DNA from: Syntrophobacterales bacterium
GTDB taxonomy: Bacteria > Desulfobacterota > Desulfobaccia > Desulfobaccales > 0-14-0-80-60-11
Reading direction: 5' to 3'
DNA: 64,000 bases
NCBI GenBank assembly: GCA_023229795.1
Contig: JALNYP010000014.1
Span: 4,478 to 68,477 of the forward strand
The notes below the pieces were generated by a model. The model did not search any database. It was not told the DNA's origin and saw nothing but the letters and a program-made list of their open reading frames with translations. This document shows positions 18,154 through 27,495 of the stretch, one piece after another (position 1 is the first letter of the stretch; the number at the start of each line of letters is the position of its first letter). The position numbers were made by a program, and so were the translations under genes.

Positions 18154-19227
18154 TCAGGCCAGGAAAGTCCGGAGAAAGGCCCGGGATTGGGCGGCGCTGT
18201 CGTCCCAGGTGGGGTGGGCCGCGGCGGTGTGATGGGCGCTCAGGGCCAGGCGCAGCAGGAGTTCCCGGTCCTCCATCAGGCTTTGGAGGCAGCGGGCCAG
18301 GGCAGCGGCGTCCCCCGGGGGCACCAGGTAGCCATTATGGCCATGATGGACGAGTTCCCGCGCGGCCCCGGCGGTGCCGGCGATGGCCGGCAGGCCGAAA
18401 TGCATGCCCTCCAGGTAAACGATGCCGAAGCCTTCGTAGGAGGAGGGTACCGCCAAGAGGTGGCTGGCCTCGCACCGGGCCGCCAGTTCGCCGGCGGGCA
18501 GGGCGCCCAGCAAGGTCACCCGGGAAGTCAGGCCGCGGTCCTCAATCTGCCGGCGGATGGCCCGGGCATAGGCCGGGTCCGGGTCCGGGCTGCCGGCCAC
18601 CGTCAAGCGCCAATCGGGCTGGGGTAAAGTGGCCAGCGCCGCCAGCAGGGTGTGCAGCTCCTTGCGGGGAATCAGATTGCCCACGAAGATGATCTGTAAC
18701 GGCCCGGGCGCCAGGGCCCGGGTCCTGATCCGGTCCCGGGTGATGCCGCCGGGCAGGCCGTCCCGGCCGGGGGAGGCCACCACCCGGGGGCGCTCCCGGC
18801 CCGCCAGCCCCTCCACGTCCTTTTGGGTGGTGCGGCTGACGCAGATATAGCCGTCCAGGGAGGCCAGATAGCGCTTTTCGACCAGGCGGTAGAGGCGATT
18901 TTGCCAGGCCGGGCGGTGCTCGCGGCAACGCAGATGATGCACGATGGCGATCAGGGGATAAGGCCGGGGCTGGCGCCGGTTAAGCCAGAAGCAGGAGGGG
19001 TGAACCAGCTCATCTTGCAGGAGGAGATCAAAGGTGGCCTGGTTAAGGCGCCGGCGCAGGCCGCGGTCCAGGTTGTCCAGCAGGCTTGTGCCGTAGCTGC
19101 GCCAGGGTAAGGCGATGACTTCCACCCGGTCGCCCTGCCGGCGCAGATAGCTGACCAGGCGGCGGTCATAGATGAAGCCGCCGGAGAGGGTGTCCAGGCT
19201 GCCGTAAATCAGCAGGCCGACATGCAC
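18154..19227 (-). CDS. glycosyltransferase family 4
   Basis: SGGFIYD, VGNLIPRK, PSSYEGFGIVYLE (EX7E). Confidence 0.92.
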   Translation of the reverse strand: MHVGLLIYGSLDTLSGGFIYDRRLVSYLRRQGDRVEVIALPWRSYGTSLLDNLDRGLRRRLNQATFDLLLQDELVHPSCFWLNRRQPRPYPLIAIVHHLRCREHRPAWQNRLYRLVEKRYLASLDGYICVSRTTQKDVEGLAGRERPRVVASPGRDGLPGGITRDRIRTRALAPGPLQIIFVGNLIPRKELHTLLAALATLPQPDWRLTVAGSPDPDPAYARAIRRQIEDRGLTSRVTLLGALPAGELAARCEASHLLAVPSSYEGFGIVYLEGMHFGLPAIAGTAGAARELVHHGHNGYLVPPGDAAALARCLQSLMEDRELLLRLALSAHHTAAAHPTWDDSAAQSRAFLRTFLA

Positions 19228-19607
19228 TACCGTTCCTCGCGGTAGGCCGCCCAGGCGATGTCGTTTTCCCAGATTCGCACCATCACCGCATCGAGGGGTT
19301 CGGTGACGCGGCTCAGGATTTCCTGGCAGAGGAGGCGGGCAAAGTGCTCGATGCTGGGATTGAGTCCGGCGAATTCCGGCAGCTCGTTTAAAGTCTGGTC
19401 GCGGTAATAGGCCACCAGCTCTTGCAGATGGGCCTCGACGGCCACAATATCCACCAGGTAACCGTGTTTATCCAGATTACCGCCTTCCAGTTGCACTTCG
19501 ACCCGGTAATGATGGGAATGGAGTTCATTTTCGCCGCCCCAATCGCCGCCCACAAGAAAATGCCGGGCCACGAAGTCTCGGGTTACCGCCAGTGTGTACC
19601 TGTGCAT
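19227..19607 (-). CDS. 6-pyruvoyl-tetrahydropterin synthase/QueD-fold (COG0720) protein, atypical active-site motif
   Basis: F.ARH, ENELHSHHY (no catalytic Cys), GYLVD, LNELPEF...NPSIE, VRIWE. Confidence 0.85.
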   Translation of the reverse strand: MHRYTLAVTRDFVARHFLVGGDWGGENELHSHHYRVEVQLEGGNLDKHGYLVDIVAVEAHLQELVAYYRDQTLNELPEFAGLNPSIEHFARLLCQEILSRVTEPLDAVMVRIWENDIAWAAYREER

Positions 19608-19655
19608 GATGCGCTCCTTGGAGGTTCGATTTCAAGCGGGAGGTGAGATCTGGCT

Positions 19656-20429
19656 TTACTTGAATAGATTGGATTCTTGATTGTGCCAAGAGAATTGGCC
19701 TCTTTCATTGATGGCAAGTATCTTAACGCTTCCTCCAACTAGTTTTGGGGCACGTACATAGGTCTGAAAACCTTTAGTAATATTAATTAAATATTTTGTA
19801 AGACTGATGGCTTGACCTATATTCATTTTTTGGGGAGTGAACATCGAATAGATGTCGCTATGGTATAGTCTAATCCAATTTACCAATGCGTTAACTATAT
19901 AATAGAAACCATTGAAAACCATTGCATAAGGAGGCTCGCTGCAATTATTGGATTCATCATTGCTCTTGAATTTGCTTATATCTTGCTGATTAGGGTCTTT
20001 GTTGTCCCCGGGACTCAGGCATACATGTCTTATTTTTGGCTTCTTCGTGCCATTCTCTGATATATAGCCTGCCATATGAACACCGAAAGGGAAGTCACTT
20101 AATTTTGAAAAATCCACTGTTTTATTCAAGTAATCTCGAAATTTCTCAGAAACAGTATCAACATCGTCGTCTTTTGAAAGGGAAGCTGAGAAATTCTTGA
20201 ATATATTATCGATCAGATGCCTTCTGATCGTCCCTGTATTGTTTTTTAAGTGAATATCCAATAGTCCCCAAAATGATACAGCCATATGGTGGTCTTCTAT
20301 TGCTATTATTTTAGTTGCATACGATCTATCAGAAGTAAACACCTTCTTTTTTGGGTCCCACATTGAAATCTTTGAATCGGCTCCCATAACAATTCCGCTT
20401 TTCGTAGCCATTGTAATTAATAATGTCAT
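19656..20429 (-). CDS. proteasome-beta-like Ntn-hydrolase, AT-rich insertion
   Basis: M-T1-LLITM...GIVMGADSK...ATKII...MAGY...VGGSV; strongly AT-rich compared with its neighbours. Confidence 0.6.
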   Translation of the reverse strand: MTLLITMATKSGIVMGADSKISMWDPKKKVFTSDRSYATKIIAIEDHHMAVSFWGLLDIHLKNNTGTIRRHLIDNIFKNFSASLSKDDDVDTVSEKFRDYLNKTVDFSKLSDFPFGVHMAGYISENGTKKPKIRHVCLSPGDNKDPNQQDISKFKSNDESNNCSEPPYAMVFNGFYYIVNALVNWIRLYHSDIYSMFTPQKMNIGQAISLTKYLINITKGFQTYVRAPKLVGGSVKILAINERGQFSWHNQESNLFK

Positions 20430-20507
20430 TTTTATTTCCTACTTAATATTTTTAAGATACAATAAAACTATTGTCTTATGAACCAACCTAAAACAAAAAA
20501 TTAAAAC

Positions 20508-21533
20508 TCAATACTCCAGAATTACCTGAATGACCTCTTCCGGGTGTTGGTCAATCAATTCATAAGCCCGGCCTGCTTCGGCCAGGGGAAACCGCTGGGT
20601 GATGAAGCGCGCCGGTTTGACCTGGCCCAGCATCTGCCAGGTGACCTGATAGCGTCGGGTCTTGTTCCAGCGGCCGGTAAGCTCAGGGGAGATACTGCTG
20701 ACCTGGCTGCCGATGAGCCGCACCCGGCTGCGATGGAAGCTGCCGCCCAGGTTGAGGTCGGAGCGCTTGAGGCCGTACCAGGAGCCGATGACCACCCGGC
20801 CGCTGAACCCCGTGGCCGCGATGGCCTGGTCCAGGGCGGCGGGGTTGCCGGACACCTCGTAGCAGAGGTCCGCGCCGGGATAGGGGCCGTTGCCCTGGAG
20901 ATGGCTGAGCATCCGCGCCAGAGTTTCCGGTGTTGATGGGTCCAGGCTGACGTGGGCCCCCAGGTCTTCCGAGAGCAGGCGGCGCTTGGCATAGAGGTCC
21001 AGGGTCAGCAGGACCGACAGGGGCCAGCGGGACAGCAGGGCCGTGAGGAGGAGCCCTACGATGCCCTGGCCGAAGACGGCCACCTGTTCTCCCATGAGGG
21101 GCTGGCCGTCCAGCAGGAAGGTGACCGCGGTCTCCATGTTGGGGAAGAACACCGCATCTTCGGGGGCCAGATCCGACGGCAACTGGAGCAGCTCGTCGGG
21201 AGTGGCCAGGAAGTGGCTTTCATGGGGATGGAAGGCGAAGACCAGCCGGTCCTCCCAGCCGGGGGCCACGCCCCGGCCCACTTCGACGACCTGACCCACC
21301 GCGGCGTAGCCGTATTTCAGGGGAAAAGAGAAATCCCCGGCCAGGGCGGTGATGGTCTCGTCCTTGGCCAGGTCCGCCGGCGCCAGGCCGCGGTAGATTA
21401 GGAGCTCGGTGCCCGGGCTGATGGCTGAAATAATGGTTTTTACCAGTACCTGGCCAAAGGACGGCGAGGGCAGAGGTTCCGCCCGCACCGCCACCTGCCG
21501 GGGCGCGGTGAAATAAAGGGCTTGTCGCTCCAT
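20508..21533 (-). CDS. MDR-superfamily (zinc-binding ADH-like) oxidoreductase
   Basis: SAISPGTE, GYAAVG, Rossmann GQGIVG, EVSG, GSWYG. Confidence 0.88.
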   Translation of the reverse strand: MERQALYFTAPRQVAVRAEPLPSPSFGQVLVKTIISAISPGTELLIYRGLAPADLAKDETITALAGDFSFPLKYGYAAVGQVVEVGRGVAPGWEDRLVFAFHPHESHFLATPDELLQLPSDLAPEDAVFFPNMETAVTFLLDGQPLMGEQVAVFGQGIVGLLLTALLSRWPLSVLLTLDLYAKRRLLSEDLGAHVSLDPSTPETLARMLSHLQGNGPYPGADLCYEVSGNPAALDQAIAATGFSGRVVIGSWYGLKRSDLNLGGSFHRSRVRLIGSQVSSISPELTGRWNKTRRYQVTWQMLGQVKPARFITQRFPLAEAGRAYELIDQHPEEVIQVILEY

Positions 21534-22901
21534 TCAATTATCCCAGTCGGGCTTCCCGTGCAGCACCAGGTCATCTCCCAGTTGCTGGTAGCTGAGGTTC
21601 TTGAGGCGGGGCAGGCGCCGCCGGGGCGAATACCCCGGCTGGTCCACGACCCGAAGGCCGCCGACGAGCAGCGGGGCGATGGTCAGGACCACCTGGTCCA
21701 CCAGGCGGGAGGCGAGAAAACTCGTGATAATCTGGGCTCCTCCCTCCACCATCAAGCTGTTGATGCCCATGGAGCCCAGGTTTCCCAGGAGGTTGCCCAG
21801 GTCGACCCAGCCGTTGCTGCCCGGCACCCGCAGGACCCGGGCCCCGGCCGCCTCGAGGGCCTGTTGCCGCTCGGCGTCGGCGCCAGGGCCGGTGGCAATC
21901 CAGGGGGAACGGGAACTCTTCAGTAAATTGGCATAAGGCGGGAAGCGCAACCGGCTGTCCACCACTATGGGCTGGGGGTCCTGGCCGGGCGCCAGCCTGA
22001 CGCTGAGGCGGGGATTGTCGGCCAGCACCGTGCCGATGCCCACCAGAATGGCTTCGTGGGAGCCCCTGAGGCCGTGGGTCATGGCCAGGGATTCCGAGCC
22101 GCTGAGGGCCAAGGGATGCCCGGGACGGTCGGCGATGCTGCCGTCCAAGCTCTGGGCATAACTGAGGGTAACGAAGGGGCGGCCGGTGCGGCGCCGGTGA
22201 GCCTCGGAGCCTTTAAGGCTGGCCCGGACTTCCTCCATAATCGTGAAATGTTCTCCCGGAGAAGCGGCCGGGGCGGCTGATGCTTGAGGCAGCCCGAGCA
22301 GATGCCCCATGCGCCTGGCCTTGGTGGCCAGATAGGTGCAGTTTTCCGCATGGGCCGGCGTCTGCAAAGGGAGGCGGTCCGTTACCTTGATCCCCCAGGC
22401 CGTGAGGCTCTCGATTTTGTGAAGGTTATTGGTGAGCAGGCGGATGGAATGTACCCCCAGATCCTGGAGAATCAGGGCCGCGGCGGAATACTCGCGTTCA
22501 TCTTCGGCGTGGCCCAAGAGGAGATTGGCCTCCACGGTGTCATAACCCGCATCCTGCAGATTATAGGCCTTGAGTTTATCGATGAGGCCGATGCCCCGGC
22601 CCTCCTGGCGCAGGTACAAGACAATGCCCGAACCCGCCTCACCGATCCGCTGCATGGCCAGATGCAACTGCTCGTTGCAGTCGCAGCGCCGGGACCCCAG
22701 GACGTCGCCGGTAAAGCATTCCGAATGCAGCCGGACCAGCACGTTCTCGCCGCCTTTAACCTGCCCCCGTACCAGGGCCAGATGCTCCTTGTGATCCCGA
22801 TGGCTGAGGTAACAGTGCAGCTGGAATTCGCCTTCCGCGGTGGGTATGCGGGCCGAGGCTTTCCTGGTCACCTTGGCAAACTCTTCGGAAGGCATAGCCA
22901 T
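21534..22901 (-). CDS. ribA: GTP cyclohydrolase II fused to RibD C-terminal pyrimidine reductase
   Basis: RLHSECFTGDVLGSRRCDC, QEGRGIG, LLTNN; then SYAQSLDG, VGIGTVLADNP, VEGG. Confidence 0.9.
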   Translation of the reverse strand: MAMPSEEFAKVTRKASARIPTAEGEFQLHCYLSHRDHKEHLALVRGQVKGGENVLVRLHSECFTGDVLGSRRCDCNEQLHLAMQRIGEAGSGIVLYLRQEGRGIGLIDKLKAYNLQDAGYDTVEANLLLGHAEDEREYSAAALILQDLGVHSIRLLTNNLHKIESLTAWGIKVTDRLPLQTPAHAENCTYLATKARRMGHLLGLPQASAAPAASPGEHFTIMEEVRASLKGSEAHRRRTGRPFVTLSYAQSLDGSIADRPGHPLALSGSESLAMTHGLRGSHEAILVGIGTVLADNPRLSVRLAPGQDPQPIVVDSRLRFPPYANLLKSSRSPWIATGPGADAERQQALEAAGARVLRVPGSNGWVDLGNLLGNLGSMGINSLMVEGGAQIITSFLASRLVDQVVLTIAPLLVGGLRVVDQPGYSPRRRLPRLKNLSYQQLGDDLVLHGKPDWDN

Positions 22902-23059
22902 CCCATCTCCCTTGCTCCCCGGAGAGGAGGAGCCTCTTGAAATCAGGCCTTTAAGAACCCAAACCTGGGGCGCTTAAAGCCGTTATACCTACATTTAACA
23001 TGGGGATGGAAGACAGAATTGTCAAGTTGGGGCAGCGATCAGGAGTACAAACGAAACCA

Positions 23060-23082
23060 GGGGCGGGGTGACCCCGCCCCTG
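23060..23082. repeat. REP palindrome (inverse copy at 27871-27893)
   Basis: GGGGCGGGGTGACCCCGCCCCTG; GTAGGGGCGGGGTCACCCCGCCC at 27871. Confidence 0.7.
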
Positions 23083-23131
23083 CGAGGGCAAGTCTGAGGC
23101 AGGGGGTCAGCGAGAGACCGCCCCGCGCGGG

Positions 23132-23551
23132 TTACACCCGTTCCAGAGCGTTGAAAAAGAAGGCGATTTCGACCTGAGCGGTCTCCACGGCGTCGGAGCC
23201 GTGGACGATATTGGCTTCGATCTCTTTGGCGAAATCGGCCCGGATGGTGCCGGGCGCGGCCTTGCGGTAGTCGGTGGCGCCCATGAGGTCGCGGTTGACC
23301 TGGATGGCGTTGTCGCCTTCGAGGATCAGGGCCACGATGGGGCCGGAACTCATGAATTGCGTCAGGCTGTCGAAAAAGGGGCGTTCCTTATGCACCGCGT
23401 AAAAGGCCCGGGCCTGGTTCAGGGAGAGGTGCAGCATCTTCATGGCGCGGATCTTGAGGCCGGCCTTCTCGAAGCGGCCGATGACTTCGCCGATGAGGCC
23501 GCGTTTGACGCCGTCGGGTTTGATCATGGATAGAGTTTGTTCTATGGGCAT
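23132..23551 (-). CDS. ndk: nucleoside-diphosphate kinase
   Basis: [26 protein letters not shown]; GGAGA RBS before ATG 23551. Confidence 0.97.
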   Translation of the reverse strand: MPIEQTLSMIKPDGVKRGLIGEVIGRFEKAGLKIRAMKMLHLSLNQARAFYAVHKERPFFDSLTQFMSSGPIVALILEGDNAIQVNRDLMGATDYRKAAPGTIRADFAKEIEANIVHGSDAVETAQVEIAFFFNALERV

Positions 23552-23640
23552 GGACAGATTCTCCTTTGAAATCATGGGTAGGGTGAATGGCTGGATTATT
23601 ATAACAAATCGGCTCCAAGGCTTGCCGGTAAAAAAGAAAA

Positions 23641-23780
23641 TGGTGCGCGGTGCGCACCCTACGCAGCGGGGCAGCCCGCGCCAATTATTTATGGCGGCCA
23701 CAGGCCGCCCTATATTTGCAAGCGCCTCATAGGTTTTTGGTTGACTGAAGGCGGGATGCGCTTCGCTTTCCCGCCCTACG
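23641..23780. repeat. cluster of three CTA(C/T)-ended REP-like palindromes
   Basis: GGTGCGCGGTGCGCACCCTAC; GGCGGCCACAGGCCGCCCTAT; GGCGGGA...TCCCGCCCTAC. Confidence 0.65.
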
Positions 23781-23795
23781 GCGAACTACGGCGAA

Positions 23796-25841
23796 CTATC
23801 TCTCCACGTAGCCGTGGTGGTCGAATTGCAGGGTAAAGGTGCCCCGGCCCTGGGTCAGGGAACGCAGGGCGGTGGCGTATCCGAACATCTCGGACAGCGG
23901 GGCCAGCCCTGAGATGATCCGCACCGGGCCCTTGGCCAGCAGGTGCTCGACTTTGCCTTTGCGGGAGGCGAAATCGCCGATGACCTCGCCGGTGAACTCC
24001 TCCGGGGCGATGATCTCGACCTTCATGATGGGTTGCAGCAACTGGGGCTGGCCCTGGTGGAGGCCCTGCTTGACCGCGGTCATGGCCGCCACCCGGAAGG
24101 CCATCTCGGAGGTCTGGCCCTCCCGGACGGTGGCGTCGGTCAAGGCCACCGCCACGTCCACGACGGGATGGCCGTAAACCGCGCCGCCTTCCAGGGCTTC
24201 GGCCACCGATTGGGCGATCAGCGGCACGAACCCGGCCGCCAGGTGGCCTTCGGGCAACAGCGACACAAAGGAGTTGCCGCGACCCCGGGGCCGGGGGGAC
24301 AGGGAGAGCCTGACTTCGGCGAAATGGTGCTTGCCGGCCAGTTCCCGGTCGAAGACCCCGGTTTCCTCCACGCTCTTGGCGATGGTTTCCCGGTACACCA
24401 CCTGGGGGCGGCCCGCCCGCACGTGGGTGTGGAACTCCCGCTCCAGGCGGTGGGTGATGACTTCCAGGTGCAACTCGCCCATGCCGGACAGCAGGGTCTG
24501 GCCCGTGTCTTCGTCCACGTGAATCCGGAGGCTGGGGTCTTCTTCGGAGACCCGGGCCAGGGCCGGCCCCAGGCGTTCCTGGTCGTCCCGGGTAACGGGT
24601 TCGATGGCCAGAGAGATCACCGGCACATAGGAGGAAATGGGCTCCAGTACGATGGGATGCTGGCGGCTGCACAGGGTATCCCCGGTGGTGGTGGCCTTGA
24701 GGCCCAGCAGAGCCACGATGGAGCCGGCGTGGGCCTCCTCCAGGGGTTCCCGCTTGTTGGCGTGCATGCGCAGAATCCGGGCCACCTTCTCGGAGGTGCC
24801 CTTGATGGAATTATAGACCTCCTGGCCGAACTTCAGGGTGCCGGAATAGAGGCGCACATAGGTGAGGCGCTGGTTCTGGTCCACCATGATTTTGAAGGCC
24901 AGGGCGGCCAGGGGAGCGTCGTCCCGGGGCGGACGGCTCTCGGTGTCGCCGGTGTGGGGGTTCTGGCCGATAATCGCCGGCACCTGGGTGGGATTGGGCA
25001 GGAAATCCTTGACACCGTCCAGCAGGGGTTGGATGCCCTTGTTGCGCAGGGCGGAGCCGCAATAGGTGGGGACGCCTTTGAGGGCCAGGGTGAGCCGCTG
25101 GATGCCGGCTTTGAGGGCCTCCACGGACAAGGCCTGTTCGGCCAGGTAAATCTCCATGACCTCGTCGTCCACTTCGGCCACGGCCTCCACCAGGGCCTCC
25201 CGGGCCTTCTCGGCCGGACCCTGGTAGTCGGCGGGGATATCCACCACTTCGAAGTCCGTGCCCAGGGTTTCATCCCGCCAGCGGATGGCCTTCAGGCTTA
25301 AAAGGTCGATGACGCCCTGGAAGCGCTCTTCTTCGCCCCAGGGGATGGTGAGGACCAGGGGATAGGCGCCCAGCTTGTCGCGCATGGAATCCACCGCGGC
25401 CCAGAAATTGGCCCCCATGCGATCCATCTTGTTGATGAAGGCCAGCTTGGGCACCTTATACTTGTCCGCCTGGTGCCAGACGGTCTCGGACTGGGGCTCT
25501 ACCCCGCCCACCGCGTCGAAGACCCCGATGGCCCCATCCAGCACCCGGAGCGAGCGCTCCACTTCGATGGTAAAATCCACGTGGCCCGGCGTGTCGATGA
25601 TATTGATGACGCAGCCCTTCCACTGGCAGGTGGTCACCGCGGCGGTGATGGTGATGCCCCGTTCCTGCTCTTCGGGCATCCAGTCCATGACCGCGGCGCC
25701 GTCGTGGACCTCGCCCATCTTGTGGGTGCGGCCGGTATAATAGAGAATGCGCTCGGTCAAGGTGGTCTTGCCGGCGTCGATGTGGGCAATAATGCCGATG
25801 TTGCGAATGGCCTTGAGCCTGGGGGTAGTCACGGGGCACAC
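23796..25841 (-). CDS. fusA: elongation factor G paralogue (stand-alone, divergent domain IV)
   Basis: [35 protein letters not shown]; no rpsL/rpsG/tuf neighbours. Confidence 0.92.
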   Translation of the reverse strand: MCPVTTPRLKAIRNIGIIAHIDAGKTTLTERILYYTGRTHKMGEVHDGAAVMDWMPEEQERGITITAAVTTCQWKGCVINIIDTPGHVDFTIEVERSLRVLDGAIGVFDAVGGVEPQSETVWHQADKYKVPKLAFINKMDRMGANFWAAVDSMRDKLGAYPLVLTIPWGEEERFQGVIDLLSLKAIRWRDETLGTDFEVVDIPADYQGPAEKAREALVEAVAEVDDEVMEIYLAEQALSVEALKAGIQRLTLALKGVPTYCGSALRNKGIQPLLDGVKDFLPNPTQVPAIIGQNPHTGDTESRPPRDDAPLAALAFKIMVDQNQRLTYVRLYSGTLKFGQEVYNSIKGTSEKVARILRMHANKREPLEEAHAGSIVALLGLKATTTGDTLCSRQHPIVLEPISSYVPVISLAIEPVTRDDQERLGPALARVSEEDPSLRIHVDEDTGQTLLSGMGELHLEVITHRLEREFHTHVRAGRPQVVYRETIAKSVEETGVFDRELAGKHHFAEVRLSLSPRPRGRGNSFVSLLPEGHLAAGFVPLIAQSVAEALEGGAVYGHPVVDVAVALTDATVREGQTSEMAFRVAAMTAVKQGLHQGQPQLLQPIMKVEIIAPEEFTGEVIGDFASRKGKVEHLLAKGPVRIISGLAPLSEMFGYATALRSLTQGRGTFTLQFDHHGYVER

Positions 25842-26105
25842 TCCGGAAAAGGCAACCTCACTTTTGTAAATGAATTTGCCCTATCTTTCAACCCTTAATA
25901 TGAGAAATCGGTTTCCAGTTTCCGGTTTTCAGTTTTCAGTGAAGAAAAATCGGGCCCCGATAAGGTCAGGAATCCCGAGTTCGGTTAGGTTGATTCCAGG
26001 CCCGGCCATCCGGCTCTTGGCGGCTTGACAGCAAATGGCGCCGCAGCGCAGGCTAAAGCCTGCGGCTACCTGATTCCCACGACGGGAGGCGAAGTTGTCG
26101 GAGGT

Positions 26106-26741
26106 TTACTCCGGCGGGAACAGCTCCACTGATTCCAGGGCGGCCAGGTCCCGGAGGGATACCATGGCCACCCGGGAAGCGACCAGGTCCAAGACCGCAA
26201 AGCTGAAAGTGGGATGCCGCTGTTCCTCCAGGGTGAAGGCCCCCGGCACGATGAGGTAGGTGGTGTCCGGTTCCAGGGTCAGGCAGGCCTGGCGCTCCCG
26301 AAATTCCTGGGGCCGCACCGCGTCGTTGGTGTAAAGCAGACGGCTGAAGGGCGGCGTAAAGCGGGTGACGCAGGGCACGTGGGTGTGTCCGTGGCAGGCC
26401 AGCAAGGGCGGGCGGTAGGTGTGGGCCCCGTGCCCGTAGGCCCGGACGCGTTCATTAAAGTGGGTCCAGATCAAGGCCCGGGTGTGGGCCAGAAAGATGC
26501 GTCCTTCCAGTTCCAGGGCCACGCCGCAGGCGGTGGCTTCGGGCATCTGGGGTCCGAAGACGTCGTACACCCAGTACAGACGGTTGGCTGGGTCCAGCGT
26601 CAGCCACGGCCGGAACGGTTCCGGCGGACAATCCCCCAGGCAAGCCAGGTGGTGCAACCCCTGGGCCTGAAAGAAGGCCAATAACGCGGGAAGGCCGGCC
26701 TGGTAAGCATGGGTGTCAGCTACCAGCGCCAGCCTTGCCAT
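26106..26741 (-). CDS. divergent calcineurin-like metallophosphoesterase-fold protein
   Basis: ADTH, LGD, H, GHTH and VPG motifs present; GNH motif absent. Confidence 0.55.
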   Translation of the reverse strand: MARLALVADTHAYQAGLPALLAFFQAQGLHHLACLGDCPPEPFRPWLTLDPANRLYWVYDVFGPQMPEATACGVALELEGRIFLAHTRALIWTHFNERVRAYGHGAHTYRPPLLACHGHTHVPCVTRFTPPFSRLLYTNDAVRPQEFRERQACLTLEPDTTYLIVPGAFTLEEQRHPTFSFAVLDLVASRVAMVSLRDLAALESVELFPPE

Positions 26742-26781
26742 GGGTTCTCGGGCAGCCACTGAGAGTGGATAAACCCTTTAA

Positions 26782-26940
26782 TTAAGCTGACTTGGGGCCG
26801 CAGGCGTGCCCGGGATGGCCCTTCAGCCGGTCCACCAGGGCGGCCAGATACTTGATGGCCTCTTCTTTGTCCTTATCGATGACAATGGCTTCAATCTGCA
26901 TAATTTCCTGGTCCGTAAACGCGATCTGCCTGTCTGCCAT
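26782..26940 (-). CDS. 52-aa hypothetical microprotein (paralogue B)
   Basis: AAGGAAGGTG RBS; MADRQIAFTDQEIMQIEAIVIDKDKEEAIKYLAALVDRLKGHPGHACGPKSA*. Confidence 0.8.
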   Translation of the reverse strand: MADRQIAFTDQEIMQIEAIVIDKDKEEAIKYLAALVDRLKGHPGHACGPKSA

Positions 26941-27109
26941 GACTTTCACCTTCCTTTTAATCGGCGACGCGCCGTGGGCAGCGTCTGGAGTGGAGGTTGG
27001 AGAACGGGCCGCACGGCAAGCGGCCGGGCCAGCCCATCCAGTGTGGATCTCAGCCTGGAGCGGTTACGGGTCGCTTACGGCGCTGTACTAGCTTACCGGC
27101 CTCAGCGTC

Positions 27110-27289
27110 TTAACCGTGTCCCGGAGGGGTTTCGGCCACTTTGGGGCCGCAGGCGTGGCCGGGATGTCCCTTGAGGCGATCCAACAAGTCGGCCAGATAC
27201 CGCAAGGCATCATCACCATCTTTATCGATGACGATGGCCTCGACTTTCATCTGCTCCTGGTCCGAAAAGGAAATGACTTTCTGACCCAT
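27110..27289 (-). CDS. 59-aa hypothetical microprotein (paralogue A)
   Basis: GGGAGG RBS; MGQKVISFSDQEQMKVEAIVIDKDGDDALRYLADLLDRLKGHPGHACGPKVAETPPGHG*. Confidence 0.8.
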   Translation of the reverse strand: MGQKVISFSDQEQMKVEAIVIDKDGDDALRYLADLLDRLKGHPGHACGPKVAETPPGHG

Positions 27290-27495
27290 GTGTACCTCCC
27301 GTTAATGTACTCGGTGAGAACAATGTAAGAGCAAGCCCTCCGGGTGTCAATAGAGAGAAGAGACATTTGCGTATTTGGAGAAATCAGGGATAATAAAGGG
27401 AGCAAGCGTTCATTTTTCCCTGGTTTTCCCGATTCGGTGGCTTGAATTCGACCCGGGTAGAGTCTACCGGTTTAAGTTTATGCGAGGTATAGGTT

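Noticed and set aside
21534-22901. Reading this locus as an ordinary riboflavin or queuosine operon
   Set aside because: No ribB, ribE, ribH or deaminase domain, no queC/E/F, and the COG0720 protein lacks the QueD catalytic Cys.
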